In this document: in pieces, positions 39,991-48,738 of the stretch
Layout of the letters: every line of letters starts with the position of its first letter
Position numbering within the stretch: position 1 is the first letter of the stretch
Assembly (NCBI GenBank): GCA_049472335.1
Contig: JBLIRO010000027.1
Coordinates: 1-58,734, forward strand
From: a bacterium
GTDB taxonomy: Bacteria > SZUA-182 > DTGQ01 > JAFGSM01
Direction of reading: 5' to 3'
Length of the DNA stretch: 58,734 bases
Notes under the pieces: generated by a model
Seen by the model: the letters and a program-made list of their open reading frames with translations, nothing else
Database searches by the model: none
What the model was told of the DNA's origin: nothing
Program-made: the position numbers and the translations under genes

Positions 39991-40276
39991 AGATGATATC
40001 CTTCATAATGTAAGGCTTTAACAGAGGCTTTATTGCATCTTTTGTTACAATCTCTACCTTTATTCCTAATTTTTCAGTGAGATAATCCTCTAATTCGATA
40101 AATTTGAAAAATCCTATTGGCCTGTCAAATTCGACAAGAATATCCAGATCGCTATCCGGCCCTTCTTCTCCTCTTGAATATGATCCAAAAAGACCAATGT
40201 TTTTAACCTCATATGCCTTATTTAAATAAGAACGCTCTGCATTAAGTATCTGTAAAATTTCATCTTTTCTTTTCAT
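39983..40276 (-). CDS. MntA-like minimal nucleotidyltransferase antitoxin
   Basis: IGLFGSYSRGEEGPDSDLDILVEF; paired with the HEPN gene. Confidence 0.9.
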   Translation of the reverse strand: MKRKDEILQILNAERSYLNKAYEVKNIGLFGSYSRGEEGPDSDLDILVEFDRPIGFFKFIELEDYLTEKLGIKVEIVTKDAIKPLLKPYIMKDIIYV

Positions 40277-40532
40277 TCTTTTTGCCTCACTTTATCCGCA
40301 AGAAATCGTTCATCAAATTCGTTCTAAACCATATCTTCTTCTCAGAGAAATTATCCTTAGAATACTCCCCTCCATTTTTGTTTTATATTCGCTATAGTTT
40401 ATTATATCTTTTCTTTTAACGATGTAAAAGTTCTCTTCAAGGTATCACTTTGAGATAAAATTATAATTGGCTCAATTATTTATAAATGAAGAGTATCTAA
40501 ATATGGCACCTGGATCTTGTATGAGATAAGTT

Positions 40533-40560
40533 GAGACCTCTTCGTAGTTGAAGAGGTCTC
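40533..40560. terminator. Hairpin, likely terminator of the small-peptide transcript
   Basis: GAGACCTCTTC-gtagtt-GAAGAGGTCTC perfect 11-bp stem. Confidence 0.55.
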
Positions 40561-40634
40561 CATGATTTGTTGATCAGTAAATCCTTATTCAGTTTATTGG
40601 ATTGTCAAGATGACTAAAATCGGTATCTGGTAAT

Positions 40635-40733
40635 CTAAAATAATTGGTATAATCCTAAAATAATGGGTACGGGAATCGAAAAAATTACCCATAAAAACAA
40701 TACCGATGTTAATATTATATCTATGATGTTCAT
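40635..40733 (-). CDS. Unannotated 32-aa membrane peptide MNIIDIILTSVLFLWVIFSIPVPIILGLYQLF
   Basis: AAGGGG RBS, ATG...TAG, directly downstream of a consensus sigma-54 promoter. Confidence 0.55.
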   Translation of the reverse strand: MNIIDIILTSVLFLWVIFSIPVPIILGLYQLF

Positions 40734-40796
40734 TGTCTTATCCCCTTAAAAATAGGTTTATAAATCGTATCATTAATCACATCTATTATTTATTAG

Positions 40797-40812
40797 AGCA
40801 ACTGGTGTGCCA
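40797..40812 (-). promoter_or_regulatory. Sigma-54 promoter (-24/-12)
   Basis: TGGCACACCAGTTGCT matches TGGCAC-N5-TTGC exactly. Confidence 0.8.
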
Positions 40813-40894
40813 GAAGTCGTTAAGTTTAAAACCATCTGAAAAACAATAGGTTGTAAAATATAAAAAACATAAAGACTAAAAACAAAGAATAGAA

Positions 40895-40927
40895 AATTGG
40901 CTACTTTTACTGCAAAAGTAGCCAATT
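40895..40927. promoter_or_regulatory. Palindromic enhancer (UAS) candidate
   Basis: AATTGGCTACTTTT-actgc-AAAAGTAGCCAATT, ~85 bp upstream of the sigma-54 promoter. Confidence 0.65.
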
Positions 40928-41326
40928 CCAGACAATTGCACTTGAAGGCCTGATTCGGGGGAAAGGGGGCTAGTATATAAAACATGCAGCCAAATTTAAT
41001 TATAATCTTAATGATATAGCTGATGATTTAAGGAAGAAAGAAAGACAGACAAAATATAAAATAGTATCCCTTCCAGCAAAACCATTCCTAAAAGAAACCG
41101 GGACTTAATTAATTTATTGAAATATCTAAATCTTTGGCATTCTCGAGTTTACAGTCCTGGACATGCTATGGACATTTGAGAGACAGCTTTTATTATCTTT
41201 TCTAATCTCTCCCAGGCTTTAATAAAAATTTACTTCTTAAACTTTTTAGCTGTGCCACTTTTTATTTTCTTGCCTTTCTTGTCTTGACAGAGGTCTTCTC
41301 CTTCAATTAATCTTAAAACAACATAT

Positions 41327-42709
41327 TTAGGATATGCCCAGTTTTGTTAGCTTGAACCGTAGAGTCGAATAGGGAATGCCTAGGACCTTGGAAGCCTTAC
41401 GCCGGTTCCATTTGACTTCTTCAAGAGCGGCCAGGATCTTCTGACGCTCCTGTTTTTCATCGGAAGGTTTTATATAAGAGGGTATGTAAGATGGCATTTC
41501 TTGAGAGGTTTTTAAAAGTCCGATATGACCTGGTTCAATAAGTCCGGACCGGCAAAGTATAGCCGCCCGTTCAACTATATTGCGCAGCTCCCTGGCATTT
41601 CCGGGGAAGTCGTAGTTGACCAGCATATCTTTAGATTCCTCTGAGAAGCCTTTAATGGAAAGCCCCCGGCCCGTAATGTAGGCATAAAGGAAATGTTCTG
41701 CAAGCGGGATGATATCCGGACGTCTGTCACGCAGCGGTAATAATCTGATTGTAAACATATTGAGTCTGTAGAAAAGGTCGTTGCGGAATCTTTGTGATTT
41801 CACGAGTTCTTCAAGTTGAGTGTTGGTTGCTGCAATCACACGGATATTGACATTTATTTCCTTTGATCCGCCTACCCGCCTGAGATTCCTCGTCTCCAGC
41901 ACCCTGAGAAGTTTGGCCTGCGCAGAAGTTGAAAGGTCTGCAATTTCATCCAGAAAGAGTGTGCCTCCGTCAGCCAGTTCAAAATATCCTGCCCTGTCTA
42001 TAGTGGCGCCTGTAAATGCCCCTTTTGTATGGCCGAACAGCTCACTCTCGACAAGCGTATCAGGTAGAGCAGGGCAGTTTACGGCAATGAACGGCCTTTC
42101 GTCTCCTCCGCTTCTAAAATGGATTTCACGGGCTACAATCTCTTTTCCTGTGCCTGTTTCTCCTGAAATAAGGACTGTTTCGCATCCAGCCTCCACCGAC
42201 ATTTGGATCTGCCTGCGCACTTCATTCATTGCCTTACTATTTCCCACAAGACATCGGTTCCTGAGACGAATATCCTCTGATGTTTGAATCCCTCTGATGG
42301 TTTCATTAAGGTGGCGTTGTCTTTGACGAAGATGCCTGATTCGAGTAGATTTTTCAAGTACCGCATCCAGTTCAAGCAGTTTGATCGGTTTGGTCAGGAA
42401 ATCTGCGGCACCCAATCTTAAAGCCTGAATAACCAGTTCCATATTTCCATGACCGGTTATAATAACCGAAGACAATTCAGGCCTGATTTCCCCAATCTTC
42501 GATAAAATGGTTAATCCATCCATCTCGGGCATTTTCATATCAATAAGGGCAAGGTCATAGTCCTTCCCCTCTATCAGTTTTAAAGCCATGGACCCTTCAC
42601 GGGCATTGTTGACTTCGTGCCCTGAATCCTGGAGATAAGGGCTCAGGGTCTGATGGACGATTTCTTCATCGTCGACAAGAAGAATTTTCAAAGAATGTTC
42701 ATTAATCAT
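41327..42709 (-). CDS. Sigma-54-dependent response regulator (NtrC family)
   Basis: Receiver LLVDDE...DMKMP, GETGTGKE, ESELFGHTKGAFTGA, C-terminal Fis HTH. Confidence 0.95.
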   Translation of the reverse strand: MINEHSLKILLVDDEEIVHQTLSPYLQDSGHEVNNAREGSMALKLIEGKDYDLALIDMKMPEMDGLTILSKIGEIRPELSSVIITGHGNMELVIQALRLGAADFLTKPIKLLELDAVLEKSTRIRHLRQRQRHLNETIRGIQTSEDIRLRNRCLVGNSKAMNEVRRQIQMSVEAGCETVLISGETGTGKEIVAREIHFRSGGDERPFIAVNCPALPDTLVESELFGHTKGAFTGATIDRAGYFELADGGTLFLDEIADLSTSAQAKLLRVLETRNLRRVGGSKEINVNIRVIAATNTQLEELVKSQRFRNDLFYRLNMFTIRLLPLRDRRPDIIPLAEHFLYAYITGRGLSIKGFSEESKDMLVNYDFPGNARELRNIVERAAILCRSGLIEPGHIGLLKTSQEMPSYIPSYIKPSDEKQERQKILAALEEVKWNRRKASKVLGIPYSTLRFKLTKLGIS

Positions 42710-42720
42710 TTTTTTTCACA

Positions 42721-45036
42721 CTAATTTCGATTCATCGTTGGCAGGGCTATGGTTACAGTTGTGCCGGAACCAGCGCTCGATCTAATGTTGATCCTGCCAT
42801 GCAGGCCTTCAATGATCGATTTTGATATGGCAAGCCCAAGCCCTGTCCCTTTATCAGGGTCCTTGGTTGTAAAAAAAGGTGTAAATATCTTTGATTTTAA
42901 TTCCTTTGGAATGCCCGGACCATTGTCGATTACCTCTATCTTTACAGAGCCTTTTGAGCCGTTTTCCCCCCAACAGGTTCGCACTATGATCTGCGGAAAC
43001 TCTTTTGTGTGGTCACCGTTTGTCTGTGCCGTTACCGCGTCCCTGGCATTGTTTATAAGGTTCAGAAGCACCTCCTCCAAAGAAAAGGGATTAGCAAGGA
43101 CAGTTGGCAGATTATCGGCAAGCTCACATTTCAGGACGAGTCCTCTATAATGTAATTGTGCGTCAATGAGATCCATGCTTGATTTGATTACATCATTAAC
43201 CTGTACGGGTATGAGTTCGGAATTGTCAGCCCCCCTTGCAAACATCCTGGTATGCTCTATTACATGAGTCATCCTTTCAGTTTGATCAATTATCAATTGA
43301 ATCTTTTTAAGGATCTTTTCCTCCGAGATATTCCAGCCCCTTTTGAGCCCTATGAGAATATGCTCTGCCAGCCCGCGGACTCCCAGAAGGGGTTGATTTA
43401 GCTCATGAGCTATCCCTGTTGCCATTTCACCCAAAGAGCGCAGACGGTCTGATAGAATCGCCTTTGCCCTTTGGTCCTCCAGAAGACGTTCAGCCTCCTG
43501 CCTCGCTTTTTCCATCCTGATGCGCTCCGTAATATCAATGCCAAGCTCCAGAACCATGGGTGAACCGTCTATGTCGGTGAACAAGGTATCATACATCTCA
43601 TATGTCCTGCCATCCGAAGCCGTCAATTCCCATCTCTGCGCCTTTTTTTTTGTCAGCACACCTGATATCCTGCATTTCGCACAATGTTTTTTGTTTCCGT
43701 AAAGTATTTTATAACATTGTCTTCCCTTAGGATCACCAAAGAGCCTTCGGAATTTTCGGTTCGCAAAGGGGATTGTGTTGTCGGGTGATTGAAGGTATAC
43801 AAGGGCCGGGAGCACATCCAGCACGGAAAAAAGTCTCTGTCTGTCCGCCTTTGCTATTTCGCTCTGGCGCAGTACCTCTTCGGTCCTTTTTCTTTCAGTT
43901 ATATCACGAAACGATTCAATGACCCCGACGATTTCACCTCTTTTTTTGAGAGGGGTTGCTATGAGCTCCACAGGTATCTTCCGGCCATCTCTGGTTTCCT
44001 TTATGGTTTCAACTTCAACCCATTCTTCACCCCTCATAATACGCTTAAGAGTGCATCTGTCTGTGTGACAAAGCTCACCATGGAATTGTTCATAACACTT
44101 TGACTCCATATTTCCGGTGGCAGACATACCTGTCAATTTTTTCATTTGCTTGTTTACCTGAAGCATATTGAAGTCTTTGTCAATAACACACATGCCATCT
44201 CCGGAGCCATGCAGGATGGTGGAGATGCGTTCCTGGGTATCAACCAGTTCCCTTACCATTTCATTAAATGAATCCGCCAGTTCACCAATTTCATCCCTTG
44301 TCTCTATTCTTGCCCTCACTGTAAGGTCGCCGCCCTTGATCTTCCTGGTGACACGTATCAAGTTGCCTATAGGTTTTGTTATGCTTATTATGAGAAAATA
44401 ACTTACTATGATCCCTACCAGAACGGCGATCATTCCGAATATTATCAGTAAGGTCAATACGCGAGAGTGGATGGTATGGATTCGATCCATCGCCTTACGG
44501 GACAATTCTGTCAATACCATTCCTTCATTTTTCAGGTCAGTCTCTAATCCCCTTGTAAAAGAATCCAACTCTTCCATAAAAAATCCGACCCTAGGATCTT
44601 GATCCGGAGTCTCAACATTAAAAATATCCAGGACCTTCATTTTAAACATTGGCAATTTTTTTTCTATTATTAAAAGTTGGGTTTCTGCCTTTCCCAATAC
44701 TTCTTCAAATTCCCGGCCGTAATTTTTTTTCTGATCCACGATCAAACTCTTAAGCCTGCCTTTTTTATCTAGGATGTTTTCATAATCTTCCAGAAATGTC
44801 TCTTTTTCATCCTGTTTCCCCTGGATTAGGTAATCATGTGGTCCCATTAAAGTCTGTTCAAATAAGATCCTTAACTCGTCAAAGCTGTCATGTATATTAA
44901 CCGCTATTTCTGCCTCATCCTTTGAAATCTGCACCCTATGCAATCCCAATATTCCGGTTGTTAAACATCCTATAATCAATAAGATTAGTGCTATCGCGAA
45001 GATTATGATCTTTTTTTTCAGGGTCAAATTAATCAT
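42721..45036 (-). CDS. Membrane sensor histidine kinase (HAMP, PAS)
   Basis: Two TM helices, HAMP (DEIGELADSFNEM), PAS segments, AHELNQPL, NARDA, DNGPGI, GTGLGL. Confidence 0.93.
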   Translation of the reverse strand: MINLTLKKKIIIFAIALILLIIGCLTTGILGLHRVQISKDEAEIAVNIHDSFDELRILFEQTLMGPHDYLIQGKQDEKETFLEDYENILDKKGRLKSLIVDQKKNYGREFEEVLGKAETQLLIIEKKLPMFKMKVLDIFNVETPDQDPRVGFFMEELDSFTRGLETDLKNEGMVLTELSRKAMDRIHTIHSRVLTLLIIFGMIAVLVGIIVSYFLIISITKPIGNLIRVTRKIKGGDLTVRARIETRDEIGELADSFNEMVRELVDTQERISTILHGSGDGMCVIDKDFNMLQVNKQMKKLTGMSATGNMESKCYEQFHGELCHTDRCTLKRIMRGEEWVEVETIKETRDGRKIPVELIATPLKKRGEIVGVIESFRDITERKRTEEVLRQSEIAKADRQRLFSVLDVLPALVYLQSPDNTIPFANRKFRRLFGDPKGRQCYKILYGNKKHCAKCRISGVLTKKKAQRWELTASDGRTYEMYDTLFTDIDGSPMVLELGIDITERIRMEKARQEAERLLEDQRAKAILSDRLRSLGEMATGIAHELNQPLLGVRGLAEHILIGLKRGWNISEEKILKKIQLIIDQTERMTHVIEHTRMFARGADNSELIPVQVNDVIKSSMDLIDAQLHYRGLVLKCELADNLPTVLANPFSLEEVLLNLINNARDAVTAQTNGDHTKEFPQIIVRTCWGENGSKGSVKIEVIDNGPGIPKELKSKIFTPFFTTKDPDKGTGLGLAISKSIIEGLHGRINIRSSAGSGTTVTIALPTMNRN

Positions 45037-45116
45037 TTTTTGCTCAATCCTTTAAAATATATTGATCAAATAATAAATCCGACAGATATAATTCGATCTA
45101 TATTGATTTTGGTTCT

Positions 45117-45236
45117 CTATATCACATGTCTGAACATAAGAAAAAAGATGAGCATACTGAATGAACAGCATAAAATGATAATAATCTTTTCATAAAATTC
45201 AATTTCCAAGAATTTATTCAAAAATTTCTTTAACAT
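45117..45236 (-). CDS. 39-aa membrane peptide MLKKFLNKFLEIEFYEKIIIILCCSFSMLIFFLMFRHVI
   Basis: AAGGAG RBS; lies between the sigma-54 promoter and the kinase gene; single hydrophobic helix. Confidence 0.5.
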   Translation of the reverse strand: MLKKFLNKFLEIEFYEKIIIILCCSFSMLIFFLMFRHVI

Positions 45237-45297
45237 TTTTCTTTTACTCCTTTGAAATTTTTTTATATCCAATCCTTTTCTATCTGATGAATGTAAA

Positions 45298-45313
45298 AGC
45301 AACTGATGTGCCA
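45298..45313 (-). promoter_or_regulatory. Sigma-54 promoter (-24/-12) upstream of peptide-HK-RR
   Basis: TGGCACATCAGTTGCT, 15/16 identical to the one at 40797-40812. Confidence 0.8.
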
Positions 45314-45399
45314 TAAAGGTGTCCAGGTTTAATAACTATTGAAAAACAGATAGTTAATAGAAAAGGTCGATAAGAAAAACCGGAAACAGGTAAAAAAAG

Positions 45400-45428
45400 T
45401 TAGCAACTTTTACTAAAAAAAGCGCTAA
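45400..45428. promoter_or_regulatory. Degenerate copy of the enhancer palindrome
   Basis: TTAGCAACTTTTACTAAAAAAAGCGCTAA, 21/29 identical to 40897-40925, at similar (~87 bp) spacing from its promoter. Confidence 0.55.
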
Positions 45429-45656
45429 GATTAGAACAAAAATATATTGCAATACTAAATTTCCTGCCTTTAGTTCTTTCCAGTCAAAATTGCCGATATT
45501 AAAAAAGAAGCTTTATGTCCGGACATGTATATAGATGATTAAAGATTTTTAAAAAAATGTTTTTTGGTTTGTATAATGCACTGAATTGTTTATTCAAATC
45601 TGAGTTATATTGAATCTGTGGTTAATGGTCAATCTATTAAATAGGAAGTTTTCAAA

Positions 45657-48443
45657 ATGGTAGTATTTCCTTTTCAGTCTAAAAGAGGACAGGGTTACTG
45701 GTTAGGTTATGTTTTGAGCATAGTATTCATGCTGGTTCTTGTTGCACCCGAAGCAAGGGCGTTTCTGCCGGAATCTCAGAACAGGCCATTGAACCTTTCA
45801 GAAAGAAACCTCCGCCCAAATAATCCTAAAAGTAGATTTGAAGGAGCCTCCAATGTTAGGTTAAAAGGATTTCTGGATGATGATAAACCGGAATGGATAG
45901 GCCTATGGAATTCATGGGGAACGATTCATCGCCTTTATGCGCCCAGACAGGATAAAACTCTCAGGATGAGAGGGAAAACGGTAACGGAGGAAGAAATTCG
46001 ATCAACTGCCCTTGGTTGTGTTGAAGAATATTCAGGGTATTTCAAGATAGAGCCTGCAGACCTGATATTAGAGGGAATAATCTATAGGGGTGGGATCTTT
46101 TATTGTCGTTTCAAACAAATATATAAAGGTATTGATGTATATGGGGGTGGCATTCAGTTTCGTTTTGATGAAAACGGGAACCTTCTCTTGATAGGAGGGG
46201 ACACCTTTCCCGGGATCACTGTCTCACCTTATCCCTCTATTTCTAACAATGAAGCTGAAACTATTGCCTTGCAGGAATTAGGTGTTTTTGATGGAGGAAA
46301 GAAAGCGGGTGATCCTGAGCTTTTTGTGCTTCCAATGCCTATGGAAAATGAATTAGAATATGTTCTGGTTTGGCAGGTGCCTGTATTTTCAGATTCGTCC
46401 GGTAAAAGCATGTTAGTTTTTGTGGACGCCGACAAAGGGGAGATCATATTGGCCTACCGGTTAGATCGGCCTGCAATAACGGGCAGGGTAGGGGGATTGA
46501 TCCTGCCTGAATATTTTAACGATCCGCTGCAATGGGTTCCCTTTACCAATCAGGATGTTTATTTGCTCAATCATGACACGCCTGTTTATGAAAACAGTCT
46601 GGATACTGACCCTGGATGGAGACGTGAAGGGATGTGGGAATTTGGAGATCCTGTGCCCCAGGATATAAATCTTTATGGACATGCAGGGTGTCCGGACCCT
46701 GATAATGGGTATACAGGTCAAAATGTATTCGGCTATAATCTTTCAGGAGATTATACGAATCTAATGAGGCCAAAATATCTGTTTACTGACACTATAAATT
46801 GCACAAATAAAACAGGGATAACCCTTACCTTCTGGCGCTGGCTTGGTGTTCAACGGGAGTACTGGGAAACAGATGAAGGTAACAGAACGGATTATGATAC
46901 GGCAACTTTAGAGGTATCAAGTGATGGAGGTCTGACCTGGACCGCCATTTGGGCCAATGGCACCAGCCAGATCGAAGACGGGGTTTATGACGGGTTTCTG
47001 CATATATGGAAAGGGTGGAACCTTCAATTTTTTGACATCTCAGAAATGTCAGATGGAAAGGAAATTGTCATTCGCTGGGGAATGGGCCCGACTGATGGAT
47101 CAGGAGCATTCTGTGGTTGGAATATTGATGATATCGGATTGTATGAGAGCCTCAGTGCAATTACCGATCCCAACGGATACTTCGAATTTCCCGACACAGG
47201 AGGAGTATTGAATAACACCCTGATATCTTTGCTTAAAGGGAGCCATGTTAATGTTATTAATGAAGATGGTTCTTCGGCGATCTATCGTATTGACGGCATA
47301 AGCTCCGATCCTAACTATCCAATAGCTGTAAATTGGGACACAAATCAGACATCTATTAATGAGTTGGATGAATTAAACGCCTTTTATCACATGAATGTGC
47401 TTCTGAATTATATCAAGCAAGTCGATCCATTGTATAATGCCATGGATGACCAGGGGCCTATAAAGGTTATCGTGCGGTATGGCGACAATTATAAGAACGC
47501 GTTTTGGTCACCCGAACACATGATCTGTTTCGGAGAGGGAGATTCCCGAGCTGACGGATACAGAAATTTCGCACTTTTCTCCGATATTATCTTTCATGAA
47601 TATACACATGCCCTGACAGACAGCTTTTATTCATTTTTTATGCCCCCTCTTACATCCGTTAGAAGAACCACAGATGGTGAGCAAACAGGCCCCGTTTTTG
47701 TGACCGAGTTTGATGCCATGCACGAAGCATTTTCCGATTACTGGGCATGTACAATAAATGATGATTCAATGGTAGGTGACGGTGATTTCTGGATCGGACA
47801 TAAATATGTAAGAAATCTTGATAATGAATTTAAATATCCGGATGATTATGGGGATGATGCATACGCGAACAGCCTGATTCTTTCCGGTGCGATGTGGGAA
47901 GCCAGGGAATTATTGGGAAAAGATATCACAGACCCCCTTTTCCATTTAGCCCGTTACGGAGGGGCTACTACCTTTCAGGACTTTTTGATAGATGTATTAT
48001 TGCAGGACGAGATTTCCTTTTTTGGAGATCATGTTGAGCTTTTAAAGAATATCTTCGGCCTTCGGGGAATAAGCAGGGCTCCAACTGCGCCAAGCGGTTT
48101 GGTGGCTAAGGCGAGTGACACATATATTGATCTGGAATGGAAAGAAAATCCCGATATTGACGAAATAGAAGGATATTACGTCTATTTCCGAACGGAAAAC
48201 GATATCGCCAGTGACAGAGAAGATCCCAGTGTCAGGAGGGATGCCGGGTTAACTACAAGCTACCGTTTGGAAGGTTTAACCAATGGGACTACTTATGTTT
48301 TAAAGGTATCTGCATATAATGAATATCGTGCTGAAAGTGATTCTTCGGATTTAGTTTATGCTACACCGTATTCAGAATCCCTTCAAACATCGCTGGGATC
48401 TGACCACAAGGTGTTCTGCTTTATTGGAATCCTTTCTTATTAA
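45657..48443 (+). CDS. Secreted thermolysin-like (M4/M36) zinc metallopeptidase with FTP/PepSY propeptide, beta-sandwich insert, FN3 and CFI-box tail
   Basis: Signal peptide, FKQIYKGIDVYG (FTP), VDADKGEI (PepSY), NAFW, DIIFHEYTHA, AMHEAFSDY, GLTNGTTYVLKVSAYN, terminal CFI. Confidence 0.82.
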   Translation: MVVFPFQSKRGQGYWLGYVLSIVFMLVLVAPEARAFLPESQNRPLNLSERNLRPNNPKSRFEGASNVRLKGFLDDDKPEWIGLWNSWGTIHRLYAPRQDKTLRMRGKTVTEEEIRSTALGCVEEYSGYFKIEPADLILEGIIYRGGIFYCRFKQIYKGIDVYGGGIQFRFDENGNLLLIGGDTFPGITVSPYPSISNNEAETIALQELGVFDGGKKAGDPELFVLPMPMENELEYVLVWQVPVFSDSSGKSMLVFVDADKGEIILAYRLDRPAITGRVGGLILPEYFNDPLQWVPFTNQDVYLLNHDTPVYENSLDTDPGWRREGMWEFGDPVPQDINLYGHAGCPDPDNGYTGQNVFGYNLSGDYTNLMRPKYLFTDTINCTNKTGITLTFWRWLGVQREYWETDEGNRTDYDTATLEVSSDGGLTWTAIWANGTSQIEDGVYDGFLHIWKGWNLQFFDISEMSDGKEIVIRWGMGPTDGSGAFCGWNIDDIGLYESLSAITDPNGYFEFPDTGGVLNNTLISLLKGSHVNVINEDGSSAIYRIDGISSDPNYPIAVNWDTNQTSINELDELNAFYHMNVLLNYIKQVDPLYNAMDDQGPIKVIVRYGDNYKNAFWSPEHMICFGEGDSRADGYRNFALFSDIIFHEYTHALTDSFYSFFMPPLTSVRRTTDGEQTGPVFVTEFDAMHEAFSDYWACTINDDSMVGDGDFWIGHKYVRNLDNEFKYPDDYGDDAYANSLILSGAMWEARELLGKDITDPLFHLARYGGATTFQDFLIDVLLQDEISFFGDHVELLKNIFGLRGISRAPTAPSGLVAKASDTYIDLEWKENPDIDEIEGYYVYFRTENDIASDREDPSVRRDAGLTTSYRLEGLTNGTTYVLKVSAYNEYRAESDSSDLVYATPYSESLQTSLGSDHKVFCFIGILSY

Positions 48444-48738
48444 AGTAAAACCATCATACACTGTTTAATTGCCATACACTATTTAATTGCCTAAAAAGAT
48501 CAATTATCTGGCATATAAGGGTCATTTTTTGAACATCCTGCCTTTATAGTTTTTTTTGACTGATTAAAAAATCAAACAAAACAAATAGTTAAATCTATAT
48601 TTTTATTGGTATCCTATATGCATATTTTGCTGTCGTGAAGTTATATAATTGGCAAAAATAGTTAATAATCTCGGTGCTTTGCCTAAAATTGATTTTATTT
48701 TAATAATCGGGAATGAATTGCCAATGAGGTGAGTTTAT

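Noticed and set aside
40773..40985. 70-aa minus-strand ORF (and the 5' extension of 45117-45314)
   Set aside because: Runs through the sigma-54 promoter and enhancer; better explained as regulatory DNA.
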